In this document: positions 28,802 through 39,057 of the stretch, in pieces
How the letters are laid out: each line of letters opens with the position of its first letter
How positions within the stretch are numbered: position 1 is the stretch's first letter
Assembly (NCBI GenBank): GCA_002787405.1
Contig: PCWQ01000007.1
Location: 31,296 to 95,295, forward strand
Source of the DNA: Candidatus Komeilibacteria bacterium CG11_big_fil_rev_8_21_14_0_20_36_20
Lineage (GTDB): Bacteria; Patescibacteriota; Patescibacteriia; UBA1558; GWA2-36-10
Direction of reading: 5' to 3'
DNA: 64,000 bases
The notes under the pieces: generated by a model
Databases searched by the model: none
What the model saw: only the letters and a program-made list of their open reading frames with translations
What the model was told of the DNA's origin: nothing
Program-made: the position numbers and the translations under genes

Positions 28802-28829
28802 ATTATCCCCCCCCCCCCTCTTATTCCAA
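28802..28829 (-). promoter_or_regulatory. Putative promoter with a G12 homopolymer between the -35 and -10 boxes
   Basis: Minus strand TTGGAA-TAAGA-G12-ATAAT (TTGGAA-N16-GATAAT); C12 at 28807-28818. Confidence 0.55.
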
Positions 28830-28864
28830 ATATAGTTTTTTACTTCATCATCATTAAAAAAATT

Positions 28865-29968
28865 TTAATTTTTCTGACTATAGTATTCATAATATTTACT
28901 AACTGTCTTATACCAAGAAAATCTACTGGCAAATTCTTGAGAATGATGTTTCCACTGCTCTTGATCTGATGCTAACACTTTTATAATTTTATCATAGATA
29001 TCATTAGGTTGTCTCTGCTCGGCCAGATATCCGTTATAGCCATTCTGCAAAGCGTCTTCTATCCCACAATTTTTACTGCCAATGACTGGTAAACCAAAAG
29101 TTGCAGCCTCCAAAAAGACCAAGCCGAATCCTTCAAAATAATCACCGTTATTAACTGAAGTCATAATAAAAACATCAGATCTTTGATAAAAAAAAGATAA
29201 AACCTTGTCGCTCGCTTTATTGATGATGATGACATTATCAGAAATTTTATTGTTATGGCAATATTTCTTTATCTTATCAACATATTTTTTGTCAGCATCA
29301 GAACCGATGATAAAGTATCTAAAATCAGGATATTTTGATTTTAATTGCGTTATAGCTTGTAAACTATAATACTGGCCTTTTCTGCTCTTGATGGCGCCGA
29401 CTGTCAAAAATACAGGATAATGGTCTTTCAGCTTGTATTCTATTTTAAATTTACTTACCTCTTCATCAGACAATAAATTTAATCTCGTGGCACCCAACAA
29501 GACAGTTAATAAATTAGATGGTTTTAGCTTTTCTGATATTTTCTTTTTGGTGTAATCACTAATGCAAAAAATTTTTTCTGCCCTGATGAATGCTTTTTTC
29601 ATCAACCATTTTTTGCATTTAAAGTTAAACGGATCCACCGAATAAGTGCCTACACCACTAATAAATAATTTTTTATTCCTCCCTAAGGAGGAAAAGTAAC
29701 CATAAACGGCATAAGGCCAACCATCAAAGGCATGAATAATATCAAAGTCTTTGGCTAGTTTTCTGACTTTGAAAATATTACTTATTAATTTAAAAACGGA
29801 AATAGTGGGAGATAAAATATTCAGTTCATTGCTCTGATTGCTCCCTTTTTCCGTCACTACTTTATAGACCAGACCAAACTTAAGATACTCCTTAAGAATT
29901 GAAGAAGAATATCTGCCCCAACCGGATTTATTATTTATATCATGAGTAATAACTAGAATTTTTATCAT
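28865..29968 (-). CDS. Glycosyltransferase family 4
   Basis: GWGRY, TVGAIKSRKG, EGFGLVFLEA. Confidence 0.9.
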   Translation of the reverse strand: MIKILVITHDINNKSGWGRYSSSILKEYLKFGLVYKVVTEKGSNQSNELNILSPTISVFKLISNIFKVRKLAKDFDIIHAFDGWPYAVYGYFSSLGRNKKLFISGVGTYSVDPFNFKCKKWLMKKAFIRAEKIFCISDYTKKKISEKLKPSNLLTVLLGATRLNLLSDEEVSKFKIEYKLKDHYPVFLTVGAIKSRKGQYYSLQAITQLKSKYPDFRYFIIGSDADKKYVDKIKKYCHNNKISDNVIIINKASDKVLSFFYQRSDVFIMTSVNNGDYFEGFGLVFLEAATFGLPVIGSKNCGIEDALQNGYNGYLAEQRQPNDIYDKIIKVLASDQEQWKHHSQEFASRFSWYKTVSKYYEYYSQKN

Positions 29969-29992
29969 AATCTTTTTATCTATTGTAACTCA

Positions 29993-30254
29993 TCAGGTTA
30001 TAAAATCTATTATCTGTTTGGCTCGCTCCAACCAAGTATACTTTTGAACTTTAGAATAAGCTTTATCAGATAATTTCTCTCTTAAATCAGGATTAGGATT
30101 ATCTAATAGAAATTTAATCTGCTTGGCTAAATCTGCAGGATCATCCGGCTGTCAGAAAACCATTGGCCAATGGTGTCTGGCCTAAATCTAAAATTTTAAC
30201 TAAATCTTTTGAACCACATATTCTACAATCATCCTTATGTATATAATTCCTCAT
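29993..30254 (-). pseudogene. Deletion scar: 5' end of an NDP-sugar C-methyltransferase joined to the 3' end of a GT4
   Basis: ATG 30254 reads MRNYIHKDDCRICGSKDLVKILDLGQTPLANGFLTAG*; from ~30151 another frame reads QPDDPADLAKQIKFLLD...VQKYTWLERAKQIIDFIT*, similar to the end of the GT4 at 31673. Confidence 0.8.
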
Positions 30255-30264
30255 AGTTAATTAT

Positions 30265-31128
30265 CTAGTATCTAAGTAATTTTAAAGTAGGAAGCCACTC
30301 TTCTCTAAGATATTCTTCTAATGCTTTTTGCCAATCTCTGGCTAAATCAAAACGTTTTGAGACCATACTTTCGTTCATACCTCTTTGCGCTGGTAAATTG
30401 AAATAACTTGAATCCACTGGCATTACTTTGACATCTTTCCCCAGCACTTCAATAATTTTCACTACCATATCATAACGTGAACATACGCCTTTATTGCTAA
30501 GATGAAAAATTCCTTTAGCATCTTTTTTTATGAGGTATTTTAAATGATTTATCAAATCTTTACCAAATGTCGGCGAGATAAATGAATCGTTAATCGCTTT
30601 TATCTCCTGACAATCTTTTTTCTTAAGCTGATTAATTATTTTACTGACAAATTTCTGATCTTTCTTGGGGCCACCTCCAAAAACTCCACATACTCGAGCA
30701 ATAATATAATCATCTGAAATGTCCCTCACTACAACTTCTCCGATATATTTTGACCGTCCGTAAAAATACTGTGGATTAGTTTTATCATCCTCACTATAAG
30801 GATCCTTGCTAAATCCGTCAAATACCGCTGAAGTAGAAACATAGACCATCTTTGCTCCTACTTTTTGAGCGGCTACCGCCACATTATAAGTGCCGATTGC
30901 GTTAACAAAATAAGCATACATAGGGTCTCTTTCACATCTATCAACATCTGTCTCAGCCGCTAAATGTATAATTGCTCTTGGTTGGTATTGATCAATAATT
31001 TTCATTGTCTCCATAAGATCAGTCACATCAAGCAAACGTTTATTTACTTTGATACCAAAATCCACATAAGACCCCACCATGCCATTGGCACCGGTAATAA
31101 CAGTTTTATCTAAAATATTATCATCCAT
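30265..31128 (-). CDS. rmlD: dTDP-4-dehydrorhamnose reductase family
   Basis: ITGANGMVG, HLAAETDVDRCE, YVSTSAVFDG, YGRSK, SPT. Confidence 0.85.
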   Translation of the reverse strand: MDDNILDKTVITGANGMVGSYVDFGIKVNKRLLDVTDLMETMKIIDQYQPRAIIHLAAETDVDRCERDPMYAYFVNAIGTYNVAVAAQKVGAKMVYVSTSAVFDGFSKDPYSEDDKTNPQYFYGRSKYIGEVVVRDISDDYIIARVCGVFGGGPKKDQKFVSKIINQLKKKDCQEIKAINDSFISPTFGKDLINHLKYLIKKDAKGIFHLSNKGVCSRYDMVVKIIEVLGKDVKVMPVDSSYFNLPAQRGMNESMVSKRFDLARDWQKALEEYLREEWLPTLKLLRY

Positions 31129-31142
31129 AATTATTCAATTAA

Positions 31143-31598
31143 TTATCTATTTTTAACCTGCCAATCAAAACCAATCTCCTTAGAATCATAAGGAATACGA
31201 TGTTCATCAGGATTGTCGGCGTCATAACGCTCGGTGGTATGATAAAACAATCCAACTTTCTTATTACCTAAAACACTATAACCATGCGCTACCCCTTTGG
31301 GTATATAGATTAAGACCGGATTGTCTTCTCCAGCGCAAATCACCTGTGTCTCCCCTTTAGTTTTTGATTTATCTCTCAAATCATATAAAACAACCTTGGC
31401 CATGCCTCGAGAAACAAACCAGATATCATCTTGCTTTTTATGATAATGAAAGGCCTTAATAACACCAGGATGCGTCTCGGTATAGGAAGTTTGTTTTATG
31501 ACAGAAAAAAATGGATCATCCGAGGCCAATATTTCAGCAAAAAATCCTCTGTCATCACAATATTTGACTATTTTCTTTATTTGTACGCCATCTATCAT
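31143..31598 (-). CDS. rmlC: dTDP-4-dehydrorhamnose 3,5-epimerase family (cupin)
   Basis: DDRGFFAE, GVIKAFHYHKKQDD, IPKGVAHG. Confidence 0.85.
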   Translation of the reverse strand: MIDGVQIKKIVKYCDDRGFFAEILASDDPFFSVIKQTSYTETHPGVIKAFHYHKKQDDIWFVSRGMAKVVLYDLRDKSKTKGETQVICAGEDNPVLIYIPKGVAHGYSVLGNKKVGLFYHTTERYDADNPDEHRIPYDSKEIGFDWQVKNR

Positions 31599-31672
31599 AA
31601 TTTATGTTTTAATTTATTTAATTCATATAAACATTAACAATTATAAACCCAAAAGACAAATATGACAACCAA

Positions 31673-32863
31673 TTATGACACAAAATCTACTATCTTGTCC
31701 ACTCTGTTCTGCCAAGTATAATTCTGCACCTTATTATAAGCTTGCTTGGCTATTTTTTCACTTAACATGTCATCATTGAGCACTACTTTAATTTTCTCAG
31801 CCAAATCTTTTGGATTATCCGGTTGGAAGAAAACACAGTTTTCTGAATCCAAAACTTCTCTGGCGCTAGGCAAATCAGAGCTGACAATTGGTCTTTGCAT
31901 CGCCATATATTCAAATAACTTCAAAGGTGAAGTATATAATCTTGAAATATCATTTTTCGCAGAATTAGGCAACACCAAAATATCAGCCGCTCTCAAATAT
32001 AAAGGCACCTCCTCATGGGGCTTGCGTCCAGCTATTAAAATATTTTTATGCTTATTATTTTTTTCCTTAAATTTTATAATATCTTCATCTGTACCTCCAA
32101 GAAAAATAATTAATTCCTTTTCTGACAAAAAACCTGCTGCGTCCGCTAAAATCTGCGCGCCCTTCCAGTCATATAAATGTCCCGAATAAAGAATTACTTT
32201 TTTATCTAGTGGAAATTTTAATAAACTTCTTATTTCTTCTTTACTTTTTTGATCACCTGAAAATAGTTCTAAATCCACTCCATCCGGAGCAACAATTATT
32301 TTATCTCTACTTAATCCTAAATTAATCAATTCACTTTTTAAACCATTACTAATCGTGATAATACCCGCGCACTTCTTCCAGTATTTTAAATAATACTTAT
32401 GATGTTGCGGTAAATCATGACACTCCCAATAAACTTTACTGGAAAATAATTGCAACACCGGCAATAAATATTCATCTCGTGTATAAAATATTTTATCTTT
32501 CTTATTTTTCAAAAAAATAAAATAGAAAAATAATCTTACAATAAAAAATAAGGATTGAAACTTTATATAGGTGCCCGCTGGAAATTTTAAAAGAAAACGC
32601 GGATCAATCGTCCAAAGTTTTCTAATTTTAAAATTTTCTTCAATTTTATAATAATCAAAAATATTCTCTTTACTAAAAGATGGATTTTTTCTTTTTGGCA
32701 AAATTAATGTCAAATCAATATTTCGAACAGCAAAAAGATGGCACATTTTTAATATCTGTAAACCATGCGCCTTCTCTGTGGGAATTCTTGAATTTGCTAT
32801 GTATAATAATTTCACCGCGCTAGAAATTTCACTTTTATTACTTCTTATTTTTTCCATAGTCAA
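31673..32863 (-). CDS. Glycosyltransferase family 4
   Basis: [39 protein letters not shown]. Real start may be GTG at 32815. Confidence 0.9.
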   Translation of the reverse strand: MTMEKIRSNKSEISSAVKLLYIANSRIPTEKAHGLQILKMCHLFAVRNIDLTLILPKRKNPSFSKENIFDYYKIEENFKIRKLWTIDPRFLLKFPAGTYIKFQSLFFIVRLFFYFIFLKNKKDKIFYTRDEYLLPVLQLFSSKVYWECHDLPQHHKYYLKYWKKCAGIITISNGLKSELINLGLSRDKIIVAPDGVDLELFSGDQKSKEEIRSLLKFPLDKKVILYSGHLYDWKGAQILADAAGFLSEKELIIFLGGTDEDIIKFKEKNNKHKNILIAGRKPHEEVPLYLRAADILVLPNSAKNDISRLYTSPLKLFEYMAMQRPIVSSDLPSAREVLDSENCVFFQPDNPKDLAEKIKVVLNDDMLSEKIAKQAYNKVQNYTWQNRVDKIVDFVS

Positions 32864-32897
32864 TGATGGTTATCCCCGTGATTTCTAACGGGGTTCA
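32811..32897. repeat. Inverted-repeat element (TGAACCCCGTTAGAAAT family), copy A
   Basis: ATTTCTAACGGGGTTCA (32881-32897) is identical to 50060-50076; degenerate inverse TTCACCGCGCTAGAAAT at 32811-32827. Confidence 0.8.
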
Positions 32898-34742
32898 CAT
32901 CTTATACTTTTTATACCAAATCTGAAAATTAATCAAAGACCAAACAGTGTTCAAGGCATATTCCTTTTGGCTAATATGATTATCCAAAATTACTTTTATT
33001 GCCTCAAAATTAAACAATTCTTTTGTTTCTGGATTATAATCCGGTGATAAAACCTCATAGGCCATATTTTTCATGCCCGTCCTTAACCACTTGGCGGTTG
33101 GCGCAAAAAATCCTCTCTTCTTCTGATTATACACAAAATCAGGAATATATTCTTTCAAAGCTTGTTTGAAAATTAATTTACCTTGTTCGGCACTATTTAT
33201 TTTATATTTACTGGCAATCTTCATAGATAATTCAACTACCTCTTTATCTAAAATAGGCACTCTTTGTTCCACTCCCCAAGCCATACTCATTTTATCTGAT
33301 TGAGCTAAAGACTCGTCAATCAGCCAAGTGTCTATATCTGCTTTCATTAATTTTTTCAAAAAATCATCTGGTTTACCTTTGAAATTATGATCAGCAATAT
33401 ATTCTTTATTGGCTGTTAAATTACTAACTTGAGGATTAAGAAACCGGCTAACCATTTTTTCTTTTTGAGCTCGCCAAGACCAAAAGACATCAAGTGGCGC
33501 AGTTAAATTCAGTTTATTATAATTCTTTTGTTTGCCTGATAAAGCAAAAATTTTTTCAATTAAACCATTCTGGCGCAGAACTTTTGGCATCCTCTGCCAG
33601 CGACGAATTAAATTATAATAATAATAACGATCATAACCACCAAATAATTCATCACCTCCATCACCACCAAGCACAACCTTGATGCCCTCTTGTTTAGTAA
33701 ACTTAGATAAAAGAAAAATTGAAATTTGGGTAGGGTTGGCTACCAAATCATCCATATGCCAAATGACCTCCTCTAAATTATCCAAAACATCCTGCGACTT
33801 AATAATCAGCTCATGATGCTCCGTCTGATAATGTTTAGCCGTCTGACGGGCCAAAAGATAATCACTATTAAATTTATCCTGTTCCACGTCTATATCAAAG
33901 CCAACGGAAAAGGTCTGAATTGGCTGATCAGTAAATTCCGACATCAAACCCAAAACTACTGTTGAGTCAATGCCACCTGATAAAAACATGCCAACCGGCA
34001 CATCGGCAATCATTTGTCGTTTAACTGCGGCTTTTAGCGTCTCTCTAATTTTATCAATTGACTCCTCTCTATTAAAACTATCTTCGTAATCCTCTATTTG
34101 CCAATATTTTTGAATATTAATTTTATTATTTTTTAAGACTAAATAACTAGCCGGTGGTAATTTATAAATATTCTGCCAAATTGTTTCCGGACCATTAATA
34201 TACAAAAACCTGAAATATAAATTTAGGGCATTAATATTGAGATCTCTTTTAACATCATGTTTTAAAACCGCTTTAATCTCTGAGGAAAAAATAAATTTGG
34301 AACCGTCAAAATAATAGAAAACTGGCTTAACTCCTAAATGATCGCGAGCAATAAACAACTCTTGTTTCTGGTTATCCAAAATAGCTAGAGCAAAAATGCC
34401 ACTAAATTTATTTACACAATCATAGCCCCATTTTCTATAGGCAGCGAGAATAACTTCCGTGTCGCTCTGCGTCTTAAACGGATAAATATCCTTTAATTCT
34501 TTTTTTAATTCACGATAATTATAGATTTCTCCATTAAAAACAATCCCCTGTTTTTTATCAAAACTAAACATTGGTTGGTTTGCTTCTTTTGATAAATCAA
34601 TAATGCTCAAACGATTATGCCCTAAAGAAATATCACTACTAGTAAAAACCCCGGCATCGTCCGGGCCACGATATGAGATTATTTCATTCATATCTAGAAT
34701 TAAGGCCTCATCTTTATAATTAAAACCGTTAATAGAGCACAT
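32895..34742 (-). CDS. asnB: Asparagine synthase (glutamine-hydrolysing)-like glycan amidotransferase
   Basis: N-terminal Cys (MCSING), RGPD, RLSIIDL, FNGEIYN, RDHLGVKP, LSGGIDS, GDGGDELFGGY. Confidence 0.9.
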   Translation of the reverse strand: MCSINGFNYKDEALILDMNEIISYRGPDDAGVFTSSDISLGHNRLSIIDLSKEANQPMFSFDKKQGIVFNGEIYNYRELKKELKDIYPFKTQSDTEVILAAYRKWGYDCVNKFSGIFALAILDNQKQELFIARDHLGVKPVFYYFDGSKFIFSSEIKAVLKHDVKRDLNINALNLYFRFLYINGPETIWQNIYKLPPASYLVLKNNKINIQKYWQIEDYEDSFNREESIDKIRETLKAAVKRQMIADVPVGMFLSGGIDSTVVLGLMSEFTDQPIQTFSVGFDIDVEQDKFNSDYLLARQTAKHYQTEHHELIIKSQDVLDNLEEVIWHMDDLVANPTQISIFLLSKFTKQEGIKVVLGGDGGDELFGGYDRYYYYNLIRRWQRMPKVLRQNGLIEKIFALSGKQKNYNKLNLTAPLDVFWSWRAQKEKMVSRFLNPQVSNLTANKEYIADHNFKGKPDDFLKKLMKADIDTWLIDESLAQSDKMSMAWGVEQRVPILDKEVVELSMKIASKYKINSAEQGKLIFKQALKEYIPDFVYNQKKRGFFAPTAKWLRTGMKNMAYEVLSPDYNPETKELFNFEAIKVILDNHISQKEYALNTVWSLINFQIWYKKYKM

Positions 34743-34743
34743 T

Positions 34744-35553
34744 TTACAAAGAATTATACAATTTACTAATTATTTTTTGTGCATCTTCATCTACATTTAG
34801 ATATTTAGTTACAACTATTCGTAAAAATCTGATAGCTACCAAAGTGATATAAATAATAAAAAACCATTTTAAGAAATGACTACTATTAAAGAAATCAACA
34901 ACGTAAACCAGTAAAAACATAAATATCATTAAATCATTTCTAGCGATGATAGTTGAAAATTTAAGAATCTTTAATAGCTTTAATAATGCTCTATTAGCTG
35001 GTGTGATTTTCCTTTCCTGATTATGATATTGCCTAACCCATTCTATCTTCTTGAAAAACAACATAAAATAGATAAAAGTTGAGCTGATAGTATTAAAAAT
35101 AATTAAAACTACAACTAAAAGAGTTAAAAATAGATAAATATTGTCTTGATAAGTAAAAAATAATTTTAGTCCCAGACCAGTTAAAATACTCGGCATAAAA
35201 ACAAAATGGTAAACTTGTTCTAATAATCCCCCCCTTAAGGTGTCTCTTTTTAGATAACGAGCTAATTCCCCATCAACCTTATCCAAAAGAATACTCAGAA
35301 TAATTAAAATGAAAGCTAAAATATTTATACGAAAACTATGGTGGCGCAGCGTTAGGCCTCCAAGTATTATTAATATAATATTCAAGACGGAAATAAAATT
35401 AGGGTTTATTTTTTTATTAGTAATTAACAAAAAAAATTTTGTAATGTAAATAGAAATATCACGATATAATAAATATCCTGCCATACTAAACTTGGGTGGT
35501 TTATTTCTTTTACTAGCTTGGCAAATTTCTTTTAACTCTTTAATTGATTCCAT
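34744..35553 (-). CDS. CDP-alcohol phosphotransferase family membrane protein
   Basis: INPNFIS, LDKVDGELARY..RGGLLE (DxxDGxxAR...G motif). Confidence 0.85.
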   Translation of the reverse strand: MESIKELKEICQASKRNKPPKFSMAGYLLYRDISIYITKFFLLITNKKINPNFISVLNIILIILGGLTLRHHSFRINILAFILIILSILLDKVDGELARYLKRDTLRGGLLEQVYHFVFMPSILTGLGLKLFFTYQDNIYLFLTLLVVVLIIFNTISSTFIYFMLFFKKIEWVRQYHNQERKITPANRALLKLLKILKFSTIIARNDLMIFMFLLVYVVDFFNSSHFLKWFFIIYITLVAIRFLRIVVTKYLNVDEDAQKIISKLYNSL

Positions 35554-36875
35554 TACTTTGTATATCTAAAATTAATTATAGGTGTTAAACTAAAAATTTT
35601 CTTCAAAATATTATTTTTCTCCAAAGCGGTCCAGACATATTCAGCTGCTTGACTCTGCTTTAAACTAACTGATTCTTTGTGCCGGAAAATTGAAAAATTA
35701 ATCTCATTCTTTAAAGCTATTTTTCTAACCTGATGATTAGTGTATTGATTTTTATTTTGCAATTCAGTAGTTGAAAAATTACTAGTGGCTTTTCCATAAC
35801 CATGGTCAGACAATTTTAATATCTCATTATTAGGTATTCCTCGGCCAACATAACTTTTCAAATTATATAACCCTGACAAAACCACCGGCTGATCATCCTT
35901 GACTAAATTAGCATTATTGGCATAAAGAAAATAAATACTGTCTTCTTTTTTTATTTCTTTGACAAAATCATGAGTGTGATCCGAAAAATAATTTAGATCA
36001 GTAATTTGATTCAAAACATCCTGCAACAACATAAAAGTAGTCAAACGAGTAGCCAAACCGTAATTTATCAAAACCTTAAGCGTATCTCTAAAAATATTAT
36101 AATATTTATTACCTTGATTAAGGCCGATAAATTCTGACCGATAAACTATTTTATTTAAAATTTCTGAATTAAGCACAGAGCTTGGGCCCCCTTGACCCAT
36201 ATGATAAAGAATAAAAATCTGCCCTTCTTTAACTCCCCATTTGCTGGCCTGTTCTTGGTCAAAAATCTCGTCAGCAACTTGAACTTCAATAAAATGATTA
36301 CCTTGCAGAAAACTCCCAATATTATTCCTTAAATATTGATGGCCATTTTTCCAATCATCATTAAAATAATCAAAAATATCTTTATTGATATTTGCTACTT
36401 GGGGAGAATCTACATTAAATATATTATCAACTGATTGTTTAAATTTACTCTGCAAATATGCCGGCCCTTGCAGACACACTTCATAAAACTCCTTCCGACT
36501 TAAAGAATATTTATTAGGCAAAGGACGTCTTAATTTAGAAAATATTCCTTTAATAAGGCCTTTATTAAAATTTAATAAAGCTTTTTCCAGCTTATCTATG
36601 GTCTCGGTGCTATAACTCAGTTCTGTTTTGATTAAAGACTTTCCGCAATTAATATTAACGGCGCTTAATTGGGGATACAAAATATCTCTACTTAGCGAAC
36701 CAAAACTGGATGGGATATATCCTTTGTACCCCATTCTGGCTCCTTCTTTTTTTAAATGTATATCAGGCAAAACTAAGAGCTCTTCTACGCCAGGCAAACT
36801 CGCTATCTCCTGAATTCTTTGCAAAAGTTTTGTTGATAATTTTTCCTTATCAATGGTAAATTTTATATTTGCCAT
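35553..36875 (-). CDS. Divergent RtcB-family protein
   Basis: LPDIH, NINCG, GNHFIEVQ, YHMG, HTHD, SDHGYGK occur in RtcB order; TAATG overlap with the downstream gene. Confidence 0.8.
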   Translation of the reverse strand: MANIKFTIDKEKLSTKLLQRIQEIASLPGVEELLVLPDIHLKKEGARMGYKGYIPSSFGSLSRDILYPQLSAVNINCGKSLIKTELSYSTETIDKLEKALLNFNKGLIKGIFSKLRRPLPNKYSLSRKEFYEVCLQGPAYLQSKFKQSVDNIFNVDSPQVANINKDIFDYFNDDWKNGHQYLRNNIGSFLQGNHFIEVQVADEIFDQEQASKWGVKEGQIFILYHMGQGGPSSVLNSEILNKIVYRSEFIGLNQGNKYYNIFRDTLKVLINYGLATRLTTFMLLQDVLNQITDLNYFSDHTHDFVKEIKKEDSIYFLYANNANLVKDDQPVVLSGLYNLKSYVGRGIPNNEILKLSDHGYGKATSNFSTTELQNKNQYTNHQVRKIALKNEINFSIFRHKESVSLKQSQAAEYVWTALEKNNILKKIFSLTPIINFRYTK

Positions 36876-36880
36876 AAATC

Positions 36881-37921
36881 TTACTTTTTATATAAATCTA
36901 CAATTTCTTTAGATAATACTTCCAAATTTTGATGATGCTGAATATATTGACTTAAAGACAGTAATAACCCCCCTGAACTTTCATTGATAGCTTTGATCAC
37001 TTTATCCGCCATATCTTTATGGTCGTATATATATAATGAAGGATGCAGAGAGTTTAAAATATCTTCAAAAGCAACATTAGAAGATATTACTAAAGTTCCG
37101 CAACTCATTGCTTCTAGAACATTTTTATCTAAACTGCCGGTCTTGCTAAAATTTAAGAAAATATCTGCCTCCTGATAGAACTTAGGGGTATTAACATTGG
37201 AAACCGAGCCGACAAATTCCACACTGTCCTCTAGATTAAAACTCTTCACGTTTTTCTTTAATTCCTCCAGATAAATTTTATCCCCAGCCAAACTTGGCGC
37301 GCCCACAATTTTTAATAAAACTGGCTTGGACAATTTTTGCCTTAACTCACGAACTAAGTCAATCATCAATTGAATATTTTTAGTTGGTGAAATCCGACTG
37401 ACGGATAATAAAATTAATTTTTCTTTATTAATTGTCTCTTTAAAATAAAAAATGTCACTATCAATACCATGATGCATGACGATTAATTTTTTGCTCGGCA
37501 AACGGAAACTTTCTTTAGATGCTGTAACCATTACATCCGAAAGCATATTTAATAGCCGCAGCTTCCAGTTAACGCCCTTGTGTGTATACCAAGCTATTAA
37601 TTTTTTTCTAAAAATTTTAGCCCAAGGGGCAATCAAAATGCCATACTCCGGATTTTGATGGGCAAAAACGCCATCCACTTTTGGCAATAATCTGACTGCT
37701 AACCGCTGAAACTGCCAAAACTCTTGCCAACGATTTTTACCTTTTTCCTTACCTAAAGAATAAACTCTAATATTATCCGGCAAGCCGCTATCATTGCCTT
37801 TTTCCAAACAAATAACGTAAAGTTTATCCAAGTTAGCGGCTATTTTTTTAATCCAATTATAAGTAAAACCGGCCAAACCGTCATCTTGATCTACTCTTCT
37901 AGTAATCATTAATAATTTCAT
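36881..37921 (-). CDS. Glycosyltransferase family 4
   Basis: HHGID, SVSRISPTKN, GSLDKNVLEAMSCG; ATG 37921 (ATGA overlap). Confidence 0.88.
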   Translation of the reverse strand: MKLLMITRRVDQDDGLAGFTYNWIKKIAANLDKLYVICLEKGNDSGLPDNIRVYSLGKEKGKNRWQEFWQFQRLAVRLLPKVDGVFAHQNPEYGILIAPWAKIFRKKLIAWYTHKGVNWKLRLLNMLSDVMVTASKESFRLPSKKLIVMHHGIDSDIFYFKETINKEKLILLSVSRISPTKNIQLMIDLVRELRQKLSKPVLLKIVGAPSLAGDKIYLEELKKNVKSFNLEDSVEFVGSVSNVNTPKFYQEADIFLNFSKTGSLDKNVLEAMSCGTLVISSNVAFEDILNSLHPSLYIYDHKDMADKVIKAINESSGGLLLSLSQYIQHHQNLEVLSKEIVDLYKK

Positions 37922-39057
37922 CTTGGTAATTTTTGCTCTATAATATCTTCCCAAAATTTAACAATCTGTTCTGTATTATCACTAAATTTTTCCCTCATTA
38001 ACTGACGCCCGTTTTCTCCTAGGCGCTCTGCTTCGGTTGGAGAATTTAATAAATATAAAATTTTATCAGCCATAGCTTGAGCGTCTCCGATCGGCACCAG
38101 CCAGCCGTTATAACCATCTCGCACTATTTCTTTGGCTCCGGTGGTGGCGGTTGCCACAACCGGCTTGCCACAGGCGTTGGCCTCCACTAATACTTTGCCG
38201 AAACTTTCAGAATCTGATGACAAAACAAACAAATCACAATTTCTATATTCTTTCGGTAAATCATCATGATCTTTGGCTCCTAATAATTCTATATAATCTA
38301 AACCAGCTGTTAATTTTTTTATTTTATCTTTTTCAGGCCCCGCACCAGCAATACGAAGTATGATATCCTTTCTTTTCTTATAAACAATCTCTATTGCTTT
38401 TATTAACAAAGGAATATTTTTAACTATTACCAATCGTCCTACCGAAAGAATAATTTTTTTATCTCTACTTTGTTTCTTTTCTACAGGTAAAGAAAACTTC
38501 TGTAAATCAACGGGCGTGGGGATTACTCGAATTTTATTTTCTCTAAGGCCAAAATTAATTAGCTTATCCTTAATGCCTTGACTCATTACCCGAATAGCGT
38601 CCGCTTGCCTAACGACCTTCTGGCCTAAAATCAATAACAAGCGATTATACCAATCTTCTCTCAGCCATAGTTTGTTGTCAAAAAAATCTCCGTGAAAATG
38701 GATTAACAACTGACAATTAAATTTTTTCTTCACCAAAGTGCCAACCAATCCTGTCAAAAAAGGATCCTGCGTCAAAACTAAATCAATTTTATTTTGTAAA
38801 CAAATATTCTTAGCAATCTTCCAGGCATCCCACAAAAAATTTATCTGATTAGCCGAATTAGTCGGATAAACAAAAACATTATGAGATAATTTTTTATTTT
38901 TTAAATTTAAACTTTTCTTAGCATAAGTAATAGAATGAATACTGTTAACATATTTACCATATTCTATATTGCGAATCTGCGCATCACCAAAATCCGGCTG
39001 ATTCATTGCCAAAGTCGGATCCCAGGAAACAGTCAAAATGTTAATTGCTCTAGCCAT
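37918..39057 (-). CDS. Glycosyltransferase family 4
   Basis: SVGRLVIVKN, ESFGKVLVEANACGKPVV. Confidence 0.9.
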   Translation of the reverse strand: MARAINILTVSWDPTLAMNQPDFGDAQIRNIEYGKYVNSIHSITYAKKSLNLKNKKLSHNVFVYPTNSANQINFLWDAWKIAKNICLQNKIDLVLTQDPFLTGLVGTLVKKKFNCQLLIHFHGDFFDNKLWLREDWYNRLLLILGQKVVRQADAIRVMSQGIKDKLINFGLRENKIRVIPTPVDLQKFSLPVEKKQSRDKKIILSVGRLVIVKNIPLLIKAIEIVYKKRKDIILRIAGAGPEKDKIKKLTAGLDYIELLGAKDHDDLPKEYRNCDLFVLSSDSESFGKVLVEANACGKPVVATATTGAKEIVRDGYNGWLVPIGDAQAMADKILYLLNSPTEAERLGENGRQLMREKFSDNTEQIVKFWEDIIEQKLPR

